Source of the DNA: an uncultured Clostridia bacterium
GTDB lineage: Bacteria; Bacillota; Clostridia; TANB77; CAG-508
NCBI GenBank assembly: GCA_934167755.1
Contig: CAKPLT010000006.1
Span: forward strand, 14,189-78,188
Direction of reading: 5' to 3'
Length of the DNA stretch: 64,000 nucleotides
Position 1 is the first letter of the stretch. Each line of letters starts with the position of its first letter. Shown here piece by piece: positions 17,883 through 27,242 of this stretch. The notes beneath the pieces are model-generated. The model did no database searches and was not told the origin of the DNA. It worked only from the letters and a program-made list of their open reading frames with translations. A program made the position numbers and the translations under genes.

Positions 17883-17977
17883 AACAAATCACCCTTTTCT
17901 TTTTTGCTATTAATTATATACCTTTACTTTTGCAAATGATGTTGAATTTTGAAAGTTAAAAATAAGAAATGCAAGTA

Positions 17978-18048
17978 GAAGTTACCAGTGGGGACACTCA
18001 TTAATGGTAACTTTTTGACCAAATATGAGTGTCCCCACTGGTAACTTC
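17978..18048. repeat. Family-2 repeat: 71-bp palindrome (24-nt perfect arms)
   Basis: GAAGTTACCAGTGGGGACACTCAT (17978-18001) and ATGAGTGTCCCCACTGGTAACTTC (18025-18048). It abuts the stop codon of the 18048..19739 gene. Confidence 0.9.
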
Positions 18049-19739
18049 TAAAAATGTTTTCCTTTTTTTCTAGAAATATTATTATTAATTTTATCATTTT
18101 GATAATCTATTTTATAATTTTTGCTTCTTGCAATATCTTCTATATAGTTTGTTCCATCAAATCCTGTTTCATTTTTACTTTCTGTATCAGCAATGTTATT
18201 TGCATCTTCTAATCCTGAATTTATTTGCATTTCTGCTGTTTCAGAAAGTACTTGATGTTCAGCAAGTGCCTTATCTAGTTCTTCTCCCCCTGGAAATTCT
18301 AAGTCTTCTTCTTCATTTTTTTCTTTTGAAATTTTAACTTTTAAAATAATTGCTATTACTATTAGTATTATTAAAACAGCTATAATTATTATTTTTATTA
18401 TTTCTTCTTTTCCCCATGTTGATGGTTTTAACCAACTAACTTTTTCTTCTTCTGATAATTCTTTGTTAACAATTATTTGATATGTTGCTGTTTTATCTTC
18501 TTTCTCATTTCTAACTAAAATTGTTATTGTGTTTTCTCCTAATGATAATCCTTCATTTCCATATATTTCTACAGTTGTGTCATCATCTGTTGCAATTGTT
18601 CTTATGTCTAAAGAATCAATATCTTCTTTCAACTCCACTTTATATTCATATGTTCCTGTTTTAAAACTTGGATTTAATGTTAACCCATTTATTTCTAATG
18701 ATGATAGCCCAAATTCGTCTTTTGAACTAGTTGTTGCAGTTGCATTTTTTTCTCCTCTTGTTACTTCTATAGTGTATGTTTGTGTTGTTCCATTTTCAGC
18801 TGTAACTTGAATTACTATAGTGTTTTTTCCATTTTTTAATTGTGTTTTTCCTGTTCCTGTTACTTTGGCTTTATCACTTGTTGCTTCTGCATATACTTCT
18901 ACTTCTTCTACATCTTTTGGTACTTGTACACTGTATTGCGTTTTATCTTTTTTAAATCCTGAAAAATCATATTTATCTGGTCTTATTCCAAGACTTTTTA
19001 AAGTTGCATCTGAACTTACTTGTGTTTGTGCATTTTCTTCGTCTGCAGTTCTTCTTTTTATTGTTAGTTTATATGTTTGTGTAGTTTTTCCATCTTCTGC
19101 CATTACATTTACTTTTATTTCATTGTTTCCTTCTTTTAATGTAACTTTTCCAGTTCCAGATGTTACTTTTGCTCCTTTTACAGGTGTTGCTACTACAGTT
19201 ATCTCTGAAACGCTATTGGGAACTTCGTGTGTATATTTATATATATTTTTTTTGAATCCTTTAAAATCATTTGGCGTTATTTCTAAGTTACTAAGTTTTG
19301 CCTCAGTTGATTTTGATTCAGTTGTATTGCCACTAGTTGTACCATTATTAGAATTATTCTCATTAGATGAACTTGTGCTCTTTATATTGACAGATACTGT
19401 TCCTGATTTTTTTTCATCATTTGCCGTATCACTATCAGCAATAGTTCCTGACACATTTATCTTTACAGTTCCTGAGGTTCCTGCTGTACAATTTACAGTT
19501 AAACTATTATTTCCAATCCATTCATAAGTTTTATCTACTTTCCCATTTTCCGCAGATATATTTACATATCCTTCTCCTCCACTTACTTTTATAGTAACCA
19601 TAAAAGTTTCTCCTGGATTAACTTCACTCTTATTTGATGTAACAGACATCGAAACTGTAGCCCAAGACACATTATTACAAATATTTATTGTAAATATAAA
19701 TATTAACATTAGTATAACATTTCTAACAGTATTTTTCAC
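18048..19739 (-). CDS. Membrane-anchored surface protein with three cadherin-like beta-sandwich repeats
   Basis: Signal peptide, then an Ig/cohesin-like N-terminal module. Three ~95-aa repeats follow (L..L.I.P..F.GFKK....Y...VP..V..V.V.A...KGAKVTGTGK..L..G.N.I...V.AEDG.T.QTY...I.R). A TM helix lies near residue 445, followed by an acidic tail. Confidence 0.6.
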   Translation of the reverse strand: MKNTVRNVILMLIFIFTINICNNVSWATVSMSVTSNKSEVNPGETFMVTIKVSGGEGYVNISAENGKVDKTYEWIGNNSLTVNCTAGTSGTVKINVSGTIADSDTANDEKKSGTVSVNIKSTSSSNENNSNNGTTSGNTTESKSTEAKLSNLEITPNDFKGFKKNIYKYTHEVPNSVSEITVVATPVKGAKVTSGTGKVTLKEGNNEIKVNVMAEDGKTTQTYKLTIKRRTADEENAQTQVSSDATLKSLGIRPDKYDFSGFKKDKTQYSVQVPKDVEEVEVYAEATSDKAKVTGTGKTQLKNGKNTIVIQVTAENGTTQTYTIEVTRGEKNATATTSSKDEFGLSSLEINGLTLNPSFKTGTYEYKVELKEDIDSLDIRTIATDDDTTVEIYGNEGLSLGENTITILVRNEKEDKTATYQIIVNKELSEEEKVSWLKPSTWGKEEIIKIIIIAVLIILIVIAIILKVKISKEKNEEEDLEFPGGEELDKALAEHQVLSETAEMQINSGLEDANNIADTESKNETGFDGTNYIEDIARSKNYKIDYQNDKINNNISRKKGKHF

Positions 19740-19751
19740 TTTTTCCTCCTA

Positions 19752-21461
19752 TTATAATTCAATTTTATTTTTATTCATTATATAATTTTTTATATTCATA
19801 TAATCTGATGGTGTTATATTTCCATCTTTATTAACATCTGCACTTGTTAAAGCAGCTCCATCTATCTTATTTCTATTCATTATATGATTTTTAACATGCA
19901 TATAATCTGATGGTGTTATTTCTCCATCACCATTAATATCTCCAAGCACAGAAATTATATAAATATCATTAACCTTATAACCTGTTGCAAGTTTACCATT
20001 TACTGATTCTCCTGATGCATTTTTCACAACAACATCATTTCCCATAAGAAATTTCAAATCATCAACTATTGCATTAGGAACAACAGTTATTGTATTTTTA
20101 GAATTATCAATCTTAACCTTATTATCTTTATTTGATGTATCAGGCTCACTTGGTGTATCTTGACTTACAGGCACCAAATATAATTTATAACCTGATTCAC
20201 CTTCTTTTGTTTCTCTAGCAGCATATCCTTTAGTACCGTCAGCCTTCATAACATAATCCCAGTAAGTACCACCTATTTTCTCTGTTGCTTTATTCAATCT
20301 AGTAATTATTTCATCTCTATAAACAATACCAACTTTATCACTAGATGTACCTGGTTCTGCCCTCAAAAATAATGTATTTGTAACATTAACCCTTACCAAA
20401 TCAGTAGTTGTTGGTATATTAGATGATGTTGTTGAAGGTCTTGGTGATGCAGTTTTAGGCATATTTTTATAAACAGGTATTATAAAAGTATAATTTGCAT
20501 CAGCTGAGCCAACACTTTCAAAAGTTTTTCTTAAAGTTTGCCCTTCATTCTGTGCAGCTAAAATATTTTGCATATATTGATGCCAATATAACTTGCCATC
20601 TGAGTTTTCAACATCAAATTTCTGAAAATACAATGTATTTTGTCCTTTAGAAATATAATCTTTAGCAATTATTTCAGTTCCTCCAGCAATTGATTTTTCC
20701 ATTGAATTCCATCCATATGATTGTGCTGATTTCAATCCATTTAAAATAATATTATCTTTTCCATTTCCACTTGCACCCATGTTGAACACATTATAATATC
20801 CAACATATTGACCATTATGACCTTTTCCACTAGATAAAGTAGAACCGTTTTTTCCTTGTTCTTGCAAAATTCTTGCTACTATGTAATATGCATTAACATT
20901 ATATTTTTTAGCCGAATCTATAATTGTATTTATGTAAGAATCATTATTCAAAAATGTTCCAGCTACCATTGCTCTTAATGTCTGAACATTGCAATCAGCA
21001 TCTGATAATTGCATAAATTGAAATATATCTGAATAATTTGTTGAGTTTCTTGGATCCATCATATATGCAAGAGCAGATTCTGATGCACAATGTAAACCAC
21101 TATCATATTTTTTATCACCACATATTTTGCAAATCCATTCACCAGTATATCTACTATCTGTTGAAGTAATTAAATTTCTTGGTTTAGCATTATGTCCTAC
21201 ATATTCATTTGCAATTGCCTCATTCCATTTAATATCAGTATATAAAATTTTGAAATTCCAATTTGGATGTTGGCTTTTTAAAGTTTGTAACATTTCTTTT
21301 ATTTGAGGGTATTGATTTGAATCAATTGAATTAATATCAGTAGACACTGTTTGATTTACTGCAAAAGCAGAAAATCTGTCATTTCCACTAATTATATTTA
21401 TAACTATATATGATATTATTAATATAAGAATGATTAATAACTTTTTTATAATCTTTTTCAT
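19752..21461 (-). CDS. Secreted GH73-type N-acetylglucosaminidase (autolysin) with SH3-like domain and C-terminal dockerin repeats
   Basis: Signal peptide; a glucosaminidase region (YYIVARILQEQG...YYNVFNMGA...LYFQKF); an SH3b-like segment (LFLRAEPGTSSDKVGIVYRDE). Two EF-hand-like dockerin repeats follow: GDINGDGEITPSDYMHVKNHIM and DVNKDGNITPSDYMNIKNYIM. Confidence 0.7.
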   Translation of the reverse strand: MKKIIKKLLIILILIISYIVINIISGNDRFSAFAVNQTVSTDINSIDSNQYPQIKEMLQTLKSQHPNWNFKILYTDIKWNEAIANEYVGHNAKPRNLITSTDSRYTGEWICKICGDKKYDSGLHCASESALAYMMDPRNSTNYSDIFQFMQLSDADCNVQTLRAMVAGTFLNNDSYINTIIDSAKKYNVNAYYIVARILQEQGKNGSTLSSGKGHNGQYVGYYNVFNMGASGNGKDNIILNGLKSAQSYGWNSMEKSIAGGTEIIAKDYISKGQNTLYFQKFDVENSDGKLYWHQYMQNILAAQNEGQTLRKTFESVGSADANYTFIIPVYKNMPKTASPRPSTTSSNIPTTTDLVRVNVTNTLFLRAEPGTSSDKVGIVYRDEIITRLNKATEKIGGTYWDYVMKADGTKGYAARETKEGESGYKLYLVPVSQDTPSEPDTSNKDNKVKIDNSKNTITVVPNAIVDDLKFLMGNDVVVKNASGESVNGKLATGYKVNDIYIISVLGDINGDGEITPSDYMHVKNHIMNRNKIDGAALTSADVNKDGNITPSDYMNIKNYIMNKNKIEL

Positions 21462-21576
21462 CTATTACACCTCTTTTGTTTATCTTTTTTATACAATTTT
21501 ATCCTATTTCTTCGCTATAAGTATATCATTATTCTCCATTTTTAGTCAACATTAGACAGTGATTTTTTTATTACAT

Positions 21577-21605
21577 TTGTGTTACAAATGCTTTTGTGCT
21601 ATAAT
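21577..21605 (+). promoter_or_regulatory. Sigma-A-type promoter (extended -10) of the U32 peptidase gene
   Basis: TTGTGT (21577-21582), 17 nt including TGc, TATAAT (21600-21605). Confidence 0.45.
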
Positions 21606-21635
21606 ATATGAAAAAATGAGAATTGGAGTTTATTT

Positions 21636-24041
21636 ATGATAGAATTATTATCACCTGCCGGTGATTTTGAATGTTTAAAAGCCGCTGTACAAAATGGTGC
21701 AGATGCAGTATATTTTGGAGCAAGTTCATTTAGTGCAAGAGCATTTGCTTCTAATTTTGATGATGAAGCTTTAGAAAAAGCAATAACATATGCAAAACTT
21801 AGAGGAGTAAAAACAAATTTAGCGTTAAATACTTTAATTAAAAATGATGAAATGAATGATGCTATAGAATTAGCCCAAAAGGCCTATTCATATGGCATTG
21901 ACGCTATAATTGTTCAAGATTTAGGATTAGCTTATTATTTAATTAAACATTTTCCAGATTTAGCTATACATGCAAGCACTCAATTATCTGTTCACAATTT
22001 AGAAGGTGTACTTAAATTACAAGAAATGGGATTTTCTCGTGTTGTACTTTCGCGTGAACTTTCATTACAAGAAATTGAATACATCTGTAAAAATTCAAAT
22101 GTTGAAATTGAAGTTTTTGTTCATGGTGCCTTATGCATTTCATATTCAGGACAATGCTTGTTTTCTAGTATGATTGGCGGCCGCTCTGGTAATCGTGGTC
22201 AATGTGCACAACCATGCAGGCTTCCTTATGAATTAATAAGTTCAGATGATAATATCTCATCTTCTAAACTAAAAAATTCAAAGGATTTTTCATACTGTAC
22301 AATTGATAAAGGCTATTTACTAAGTCCTAGAGATTTATGTGGATTAGATTATATCCCAGAACTAATAAAAGCTGGAGTTTCTTGTCTAAAAATTGAAGGC
22401 AGAATGAAAACTCCTGAATATGTCGCGACAGTAACTAGAATTTATAGAAAATATTTAGATATAGCATTAAATGCAAAATCTAATCAACAAGCAGATATTT
22501 CTACTGACAAACATGATTTGTTACAAGTATTTAATCGCGGTGGTTTTTCGGATGGACATTTACCTTCATCCCCTAATAAAAACTTAGTCTTTAAAGAAAA
22601 ATCTAATAATATGGGAATTTTTCTTGGAACAATTTCTAATTTTAATCCTAATAAAGGACACATCACTTTTATAACAGCTGATACTCTTGCTATTGGTGAT
22701 AAAATTGGAATTGAAAATAAAAGACATGAAACTTCTTTATATACAATTTCTGAATTGATGATTAATAATAAAAATATGCCAAAAGTATTATCAGGCAATA
22801 AGGTGAAAATTGGTAGAATGAAAGGCGATATTTCTGTAGGATATAAAATTTATAAAATGTCTGACAAACAATTAACATCTTCAGCATTTGAAATGATAAA
22901 TAAAGAAAACAGAAAAATCAACATAAATTGTAAATTGATTTTAAAAAAGGATTTGCCTATTGAATTAACAGTATTTGATGATTCTGGAATTTCAGTTAAA
23001 GTCAACTCAAATGTTACTCCTGAATCAGCAATAAATTCACCTATTACAAAAGATAGGTTAATAGCACAAATTTCAAAAACCACTAATACACCTTTTCAAT
23101 TTAAAAATATTAAAGTAGATTTAGATGATGGATTATTTATTAAAGGAATAAGTTGTATTAATGAACTTAGACGAAATGCACTTTCTCAATATGAAGAAGA
23201 GTTAATTAGTTCTTTTAGGAGAAATGCTAATAATATCAATTTAAAATTAAGTAGTAATTCAAGTATTACTCCTTCTGCCTTTAATACTAAAAAAATTAGT
23301 ATTTTGCTAAATTTACTTAATAATGACTTTGATTACACAAAATTGAAAAATGTTGACAATATCTACATCCCTTTTAAATTTTTTGTTTTAAAAGAATTTG
23401 AACCTACTATAAAAAGTATTAATGCAAATTTTAACACATATATTTATATGCCAACAATAATTAGAAATGACTATACAAAATTAATAAATAATAACTTACC
23501 TAACATTTTAAAAAAACACAACATAAAAGGATTTGTACTTTCAAATATTGGAAATTTAAAATTATTAGAACAATACAAAGGAAAATATAATTTCATTTGT
23601 AATTATACATTAAATGTTTTTAATAATTTAACAATTAATGAATTAGATTGTAATACTGTAACATTATCACCAGAATTAAATGAAACTGATATAACTAACA
23701 TTATAACTTCTGACAAAAATACTTCTTCAACACCGAAAAAAGAGTTAATTGTTTATGGAAAAATACCTTTAATGAATTCAAATTATTGCTTACTTGGTAA
23801 AACAAATAAATGTTATTCTTCTTGTGCTCATCTATGTAATTCTTCTAATAAATTTTATTTGAAGGATAGACTTGGATTTTTATTTAGAGTTGTTCCTGAT
23901 AATATTGAGACTGTGACAACTATTTATAATAATAGAATTACTTCTATAAATTATAAAAACATTAATATTGATTCTGTTAGATTTGATGTTTTAGATGAAA
24001 CAATAGATGAAATAAATTCGATTATTAATAAACTAAGTTAA
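21636..24041 (+). CDS. Peptidase U32 family protein (long form with C-terminal extension)
   Basis: MIELLSPAGDFECLKAAVQNGADAVYFG..., EVFVHGALCISYSGQCLFSS and CLKIEGRMK are U32 hallmarks. Confidence 0.85.
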   Translation: MIELLSPAGDFECLKAAVQNGADAVYFGASSFSARAFASNFDDEALEKAITYAKLRGVKTNLALNTLIKNDEMNDAIELAQKAYSYGIDAIIVQDLGLAYYLIKHFPDLAIHASTQLSVHNLEGVLKLQEMGFSRVVLSRELSLQEIEYICKNSNVEIEVFVHGALCISYSGQCLFSSMIGGRSGNRGQCAQPCRLPYELISSDDNISSSKLKNSKDFSYCTIDKGYLLSPRDLCGLDYIPELIKAGVSCLKIEGRMKTPEYVATVTRIYRKYLDIALNAKSNQQADISTDKHDLLQVFNRGGFSDGHLPSSPNKNLVFKEKSNNMGIFLGTISNFNPNKGHITFITADTLAIGDKIGIENKRHETSLYTISELMINNKNMPKVLSGNKVKIGRMKGDISVGYKIYKMSDKQLTSSAFEMINKENRKININCKLILKKDLPIELTVFDDSGISVKVNSNVTPESAINSPITKDRLIAQISKTTNTPFQFKNIKVDLDDGLFIKGISCINELRRNALSQYEEELISSFRRNANNINLKLSSNSSITPSAFNTKKISILLNLLNNDFDYTKLKNVDNIYIPFKFFVLKEFEPTIKSINANFNTYIYMPTIIRNDYTKLINNNLPNILKKHNIKGFVLSNIGNLKLLEQYKGKYNFICNYTLNVFNNLTINELDCNTVTLSPELNETDITNIITSDKNTSSTPKKELIVYGKIPLMNSNYCLLGKTNKCYSSCAHLCNSSNKFYLKDRLGFLFRVVPDNIETVTTIYNNRITSINYKNINIDSVRFDVLDETIDEINSIINKLS

Positions 24042-24042
24042 G

Positions 24043-24301
24043 GACAAGTACATATTTTAACTTTTACACAAATAATAACAATTACTAATAATAAATAAAC
24101 TTTAAATGAAATGACGAATATAATTGAATAAACTTTAGAAATTCTTACGCAACTTTTATGGAAAAAGTTCACGAGAGTGGAAGGGTGCCATAAAATAAGT
24201 TAGAATTTCTTAAGTTTCGTAATGCGTCGAGGAATGGAATTAAAAGTTTATTTATTATTAGTAAATTTAATTTATTATAAAAGTTAAAATATGTACCTGT
24301 C
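24043..24301. repeat. 259-bp composite imperfect palindrome (MITE-like) between the convergent U32 peptidase and dxs genes; full-length member of family 3
   Basis: The outer arms 24043-24066 and 24278-24301 match 23 of 24. The inner arms TTACTAATAATAAATAAACTTT (24082-24103) and 24243-24264 match 22 of 22. The interior halves are also partly complementary. Confidence 0.85.
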
Positions 24302-24305
24302 ACTT

Positions 24306-26150
24306 TTATTTTAAATACATCTTCTCTAATTCTTCCACACTTCCATGTCTTATAAACTCATCAGGATACGCATAAGATTTAAAATTTATATCTTTTAAAT
24401 TATTATCAACAATCAATTCTTTTACGGTTGTAGCTAAGCCATTTATTTTAGTACCATCTTCTATTGTAATAACATTTTTTGTTTTATCAATACTCTTTAA
24501 GATAGTAACATCATCAAAAGGCTTTAAAAATCTTGCATTTATAACTTCTACTTCAATTCCTGATTTGCTTTTTAATTCTTCTGCCATTTTCATTGCTCTA
24601 GCAACCATTTTTCCTATAGCTATTATTGTTGTCCTCTTTCCATCTTGAGACTTATTTTCATCTAATATTCTCAACATCTCAGCTTTTCCAAGTTCTATTT
24701 TTTCGTGTGTTTCAAATTTAATTTCTGAATCTTCTCCTCCTCTTGGATATCTAATAACAACTGGTCTTTTTAATTTTACAGCAACTTCAAGCATATCTTC
24801 TAATTCTCTAAAATCTTTTGGAGCCATAATAACCAAATTAGGTACTAGTCTAAAAAATGCCATATCTAAAGTACCTTGATGGGTTTCACCATCAGCACCT
24901 ACAACTCCTGCTCTATCCACACACATAATTACTGGCAAATTTTGCATTGCTACATCATGAATTACCTGGTCATAAGCTCTTTGATAGAAAGAAGAATATA
25001 TTGGAACAATTGGTATCATTCCTTCTCTTGCCATTCCTGCTGCCATTGTAATTGCATGTTGTTCTGCAATTCCAACATCAAAAAAACGATATGGAAATTC
25101 TTTCGCAAATTTACTTAACCCCGTTCCTGCCTTCATTGAAGCTGTTACTGCCACAATTTTGTCATTTGTTTTTGCTATTTCAACTATTTTATCTCCAAAA
25201 ACTTTTGAATAATCTTTTCCTTTTTTCTTTTTTAGTTCTCCTGTTTCTATATCAAATGGAGAAATTGCGTGAAATTTATCAGGATTTTTTTCAGCAAATT
25301 CATATCCTTTACCTTTTTTAGTCAAAACATGTATTAGAACAGGTCCTTTTACTTGTTTACTCATTTCTAATATACTTTCAAGTTTTTCAATATTATGTCC
25401 ATCAACTGGTCCTAAATATGTAAAACCAATATCTTCAAAAAACATCTTATGTATCACAAGTTGTTTAATTGCTCTTTTTATTCTTTGAATAGCCTTTACT
25501 GTTGTTTTTCCGACTATTGGTATTGAACTAATCTGCTTTTTCAATAAATAATTAGTTCGTGTATATAATTTTTTGACTCTTAATTTTCCCAAAAAATTAT
25601 TTAAACCTCCAACATTAGGTGAAATACTCATTTCATTATCATTTAATATAACCGCCATTTTGCATTTACTATATCCTGCATCATTTAATGCTTCTAAAGC
25701 CATTCCTCCAGTTAAAGCTCCATCTCCAATTACAGCTATAACACTATTATCCTTTCCTTTTAAGTCTCTTGCTCTTGCCATACCTAAAGCAGCTGATATT
25801 GATGTACTACTATGTCCAGTATTAAAGCAATCAGCTTCATTTTCTTTGGTTTTTGGAAAACCTGCAATTCCATTTAACTTCCTTATATTTCTTAGTTCTT
25901 CCTTTCTACCTGTTATAATTTTATGAACATAACTTTGATGACCCACATCCCAAACTATTTTATCATTTGGTACATCAAATATGGAATGTAATGCTATTGT
26001 TAACTCTACAACTCCTAAATTTGAAGCTAAATGTCCTCCATTTTTTGATACAACATCTATTATATATTTTCTTATTTCTTCTGCTAATTCTTGTTTTTGA
26101 TTTAGTGTTAATTTTTTTACATCATCTGGTGAATTTATTTGTTCTAACAT
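24306..26150 (-). CDS. dxs: 1-deoxy-D-xylulose-5-phosphate synthase
   Basis: GGHLASNLGVVELTIALH, GHSSTSISAALGMA, the GDGALTGGMALEALN ThDP motif, and a transketolase-like C-terminal part. Confidence 0.95.
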   Translation of the reverse strand: MLEQINSPDDVKKLTLNQKQELAEEIRKYIIDVVSKNGGHLASNLGVVELTIALHSIFDVPNDKIVWDVGHQSYVHKIITGRKEELRNIRKLNGIAGFPKTKENEADCFNTGHSSTSISAALGMARARDLKGKDNSVIAVIGDGALTGGMALEALNDAGYSKCKMAVILNDNEMSISPNVGGLNNFLGKLRVKKLYTRTNYLLKKQISSIPIVGKTTVKAIQRIKRAIKQLVIHKMFFEDIGFTYLGPVDGHNIEKLESILEMSKQVKGPVLIHVLTKKGKGYEFAEKNPDKFHAISPFDIETGELKKKKGKDYSKVFGDKIVEIAKTNDKIVAVTASMKAGTGLSKFAKEFPYRFFDVGIAEQHAITMAAGMAREGMIPIVPIYSSFYQRAYDQVIHDVAMQNLPVIMCVDRAGVVGADGETHQGTLDMAFFRLVPNLVIMAPKDFRELEDMLEVAVKLKRPVVIRYPRGGEDSEIKFETHEKIELGKAEMLRILDENKSQDGKRTTIIAIGKMVARAMKMAEELKSKSGIEVEVINARFLKPFDDVTILKSIDKTKNVITIEDGTKINGLATTVKELIVDNNLKDINFKSYAYPDEFIRHGSVEELEKMYLK

Positions 26151-26219
26151 TTTGTTTCTCCTACTTTCTTTAATATGTGCTTATTTTATCACATTTATTA
26201 TTGTTTTAGCAAGAAAAAA

Positions 26220-26286
26220 GGGAAATTATGTACCCGGTCCCAAATTGACCTTTGGGGGCAATTTGGGACCGGGTACATAATTTCCC
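26220..26286. repeat. Family-1 repeat, two inverted units forming a perfect 28-bp-stem palindrome upstream of dxs
   Basis: GGGAAATTATGTACCCGGTCCCAAATTG (26220-26247) and CAATTTGGGACCGGGTACATAATTTCCC (26259-26286), with an 11-nt loop and T/A runs on both sides. Confidence 0.9.
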
Positions 26287-26294
26287 TTTTTCAT

Positions 26295-27182
26295 TTATTT
26301 CAAATATATAGTTGGATTTAAATATTCTCCATCTTTAATCAGTTCAAAATGAAGATGACACTCCATACTACTTTCAAAAGCTGCTGTATTTCCAGCTGTT
26401 CCAATAGTTTGTCCTTGTGTAACTTCTTCACCTGCAACAACAAATTCAGCTGTTAATAAATTTGCATATACTGTTTGATATCCATCATCATGTTCAATTA
26501 CAACTGTTAAACCATATCTAGGATCATTAACTATTGATTTAACAATTCCATCTGCAGCTGCTTTTATTACACTTGTTTTATCTGCTTTTATATCAATTGC
26601 AGTATGTGTTATCCATTCCTTTAAAGTTTCTGAATAAATCAAATTATCTTTTGCATATTCACATATTATATCACCTTCTGTAGGTTTTACAAATGTTATT
26701 TCTTTTTTTGTTTCTATCATATTGTTTTGTGCATTAGTATTTGAATTTGCTTCAACTTTTGTATCAGGTTCATCCACTTGGTTTGTTTCAGCTTTTGCAT
26801 TACCATTTGAATTCTCTGCATTTGTTGCTTTTACACTATTTGTTATATTTGCATTTGTTTCTGCATTGTTTACAACACCTGTTGATCTAGTGTTTTTAGT
26901 ATTATTTGATGTTGTTTGATTTGAGATATTCTCTTCATTTTTAATTTCATTCGATTTTTCTTGTTCTTGTACAGATTTTCCTATTTCTGTACTTACACTT
27001 TCTGTATTTTCTCCTGTTTGGCTTTCTTGAACTATTTGTCCAGAACCATTACCTAATTTTGATGTAGTTCTACTTAGCATAAACATAATTATTCCTAAAG
27101 CTATTGCCAAAATAAAAAATATAGCTGTTCCTACATATATAAATAATTTATCATTTTCAAAAAATCTTTTTCCTCTTTTCAT
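26295..27182 (-). CDS. Membrane-anchored M23/LytM-domain protein, SpoIIQ-like
   Basis: N-terminal TM, an N/T/E-rich linker, and a LytM domain with HTAID (HxxxD) and HLHFE (HxH) both intact. It lies immediately downstream of spoIID, the position I remember for spoIIQ in C. difficile. Confidence 0.6.
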   Translation of the reverse strand: MKRGKRFFENDKLFIYVGTAIFFILAIALGIIMFMLSRTTSKLGNGSGQIVQESQTGENTESVSTEIGKSVQEQEKSNEIKNEENISNQTTSNNTKNTRSTGVVNNAETNANITNSVKATNAENSNGNAKAETNQVDEPDTKVEANSNTNAQNNMIETKKEITFVKPTEGDIICEYAKDNLIYSETLKEWITHTAIDIKADKTSVIKAAADGIVKSIVNDPRYGLTVVIEHDDGYQTVYANLLTAEFVVAGEEVTQGQTIGTAGNTAAFESSMECHLHFELIKDGEYLNPTIYLK

Positions 27183-27242
27183 AAACTCCTCCTTGATTAC
27201 TTTATTAATACAAGTATTTACTTTTTTTCAAAGATTATTCAT

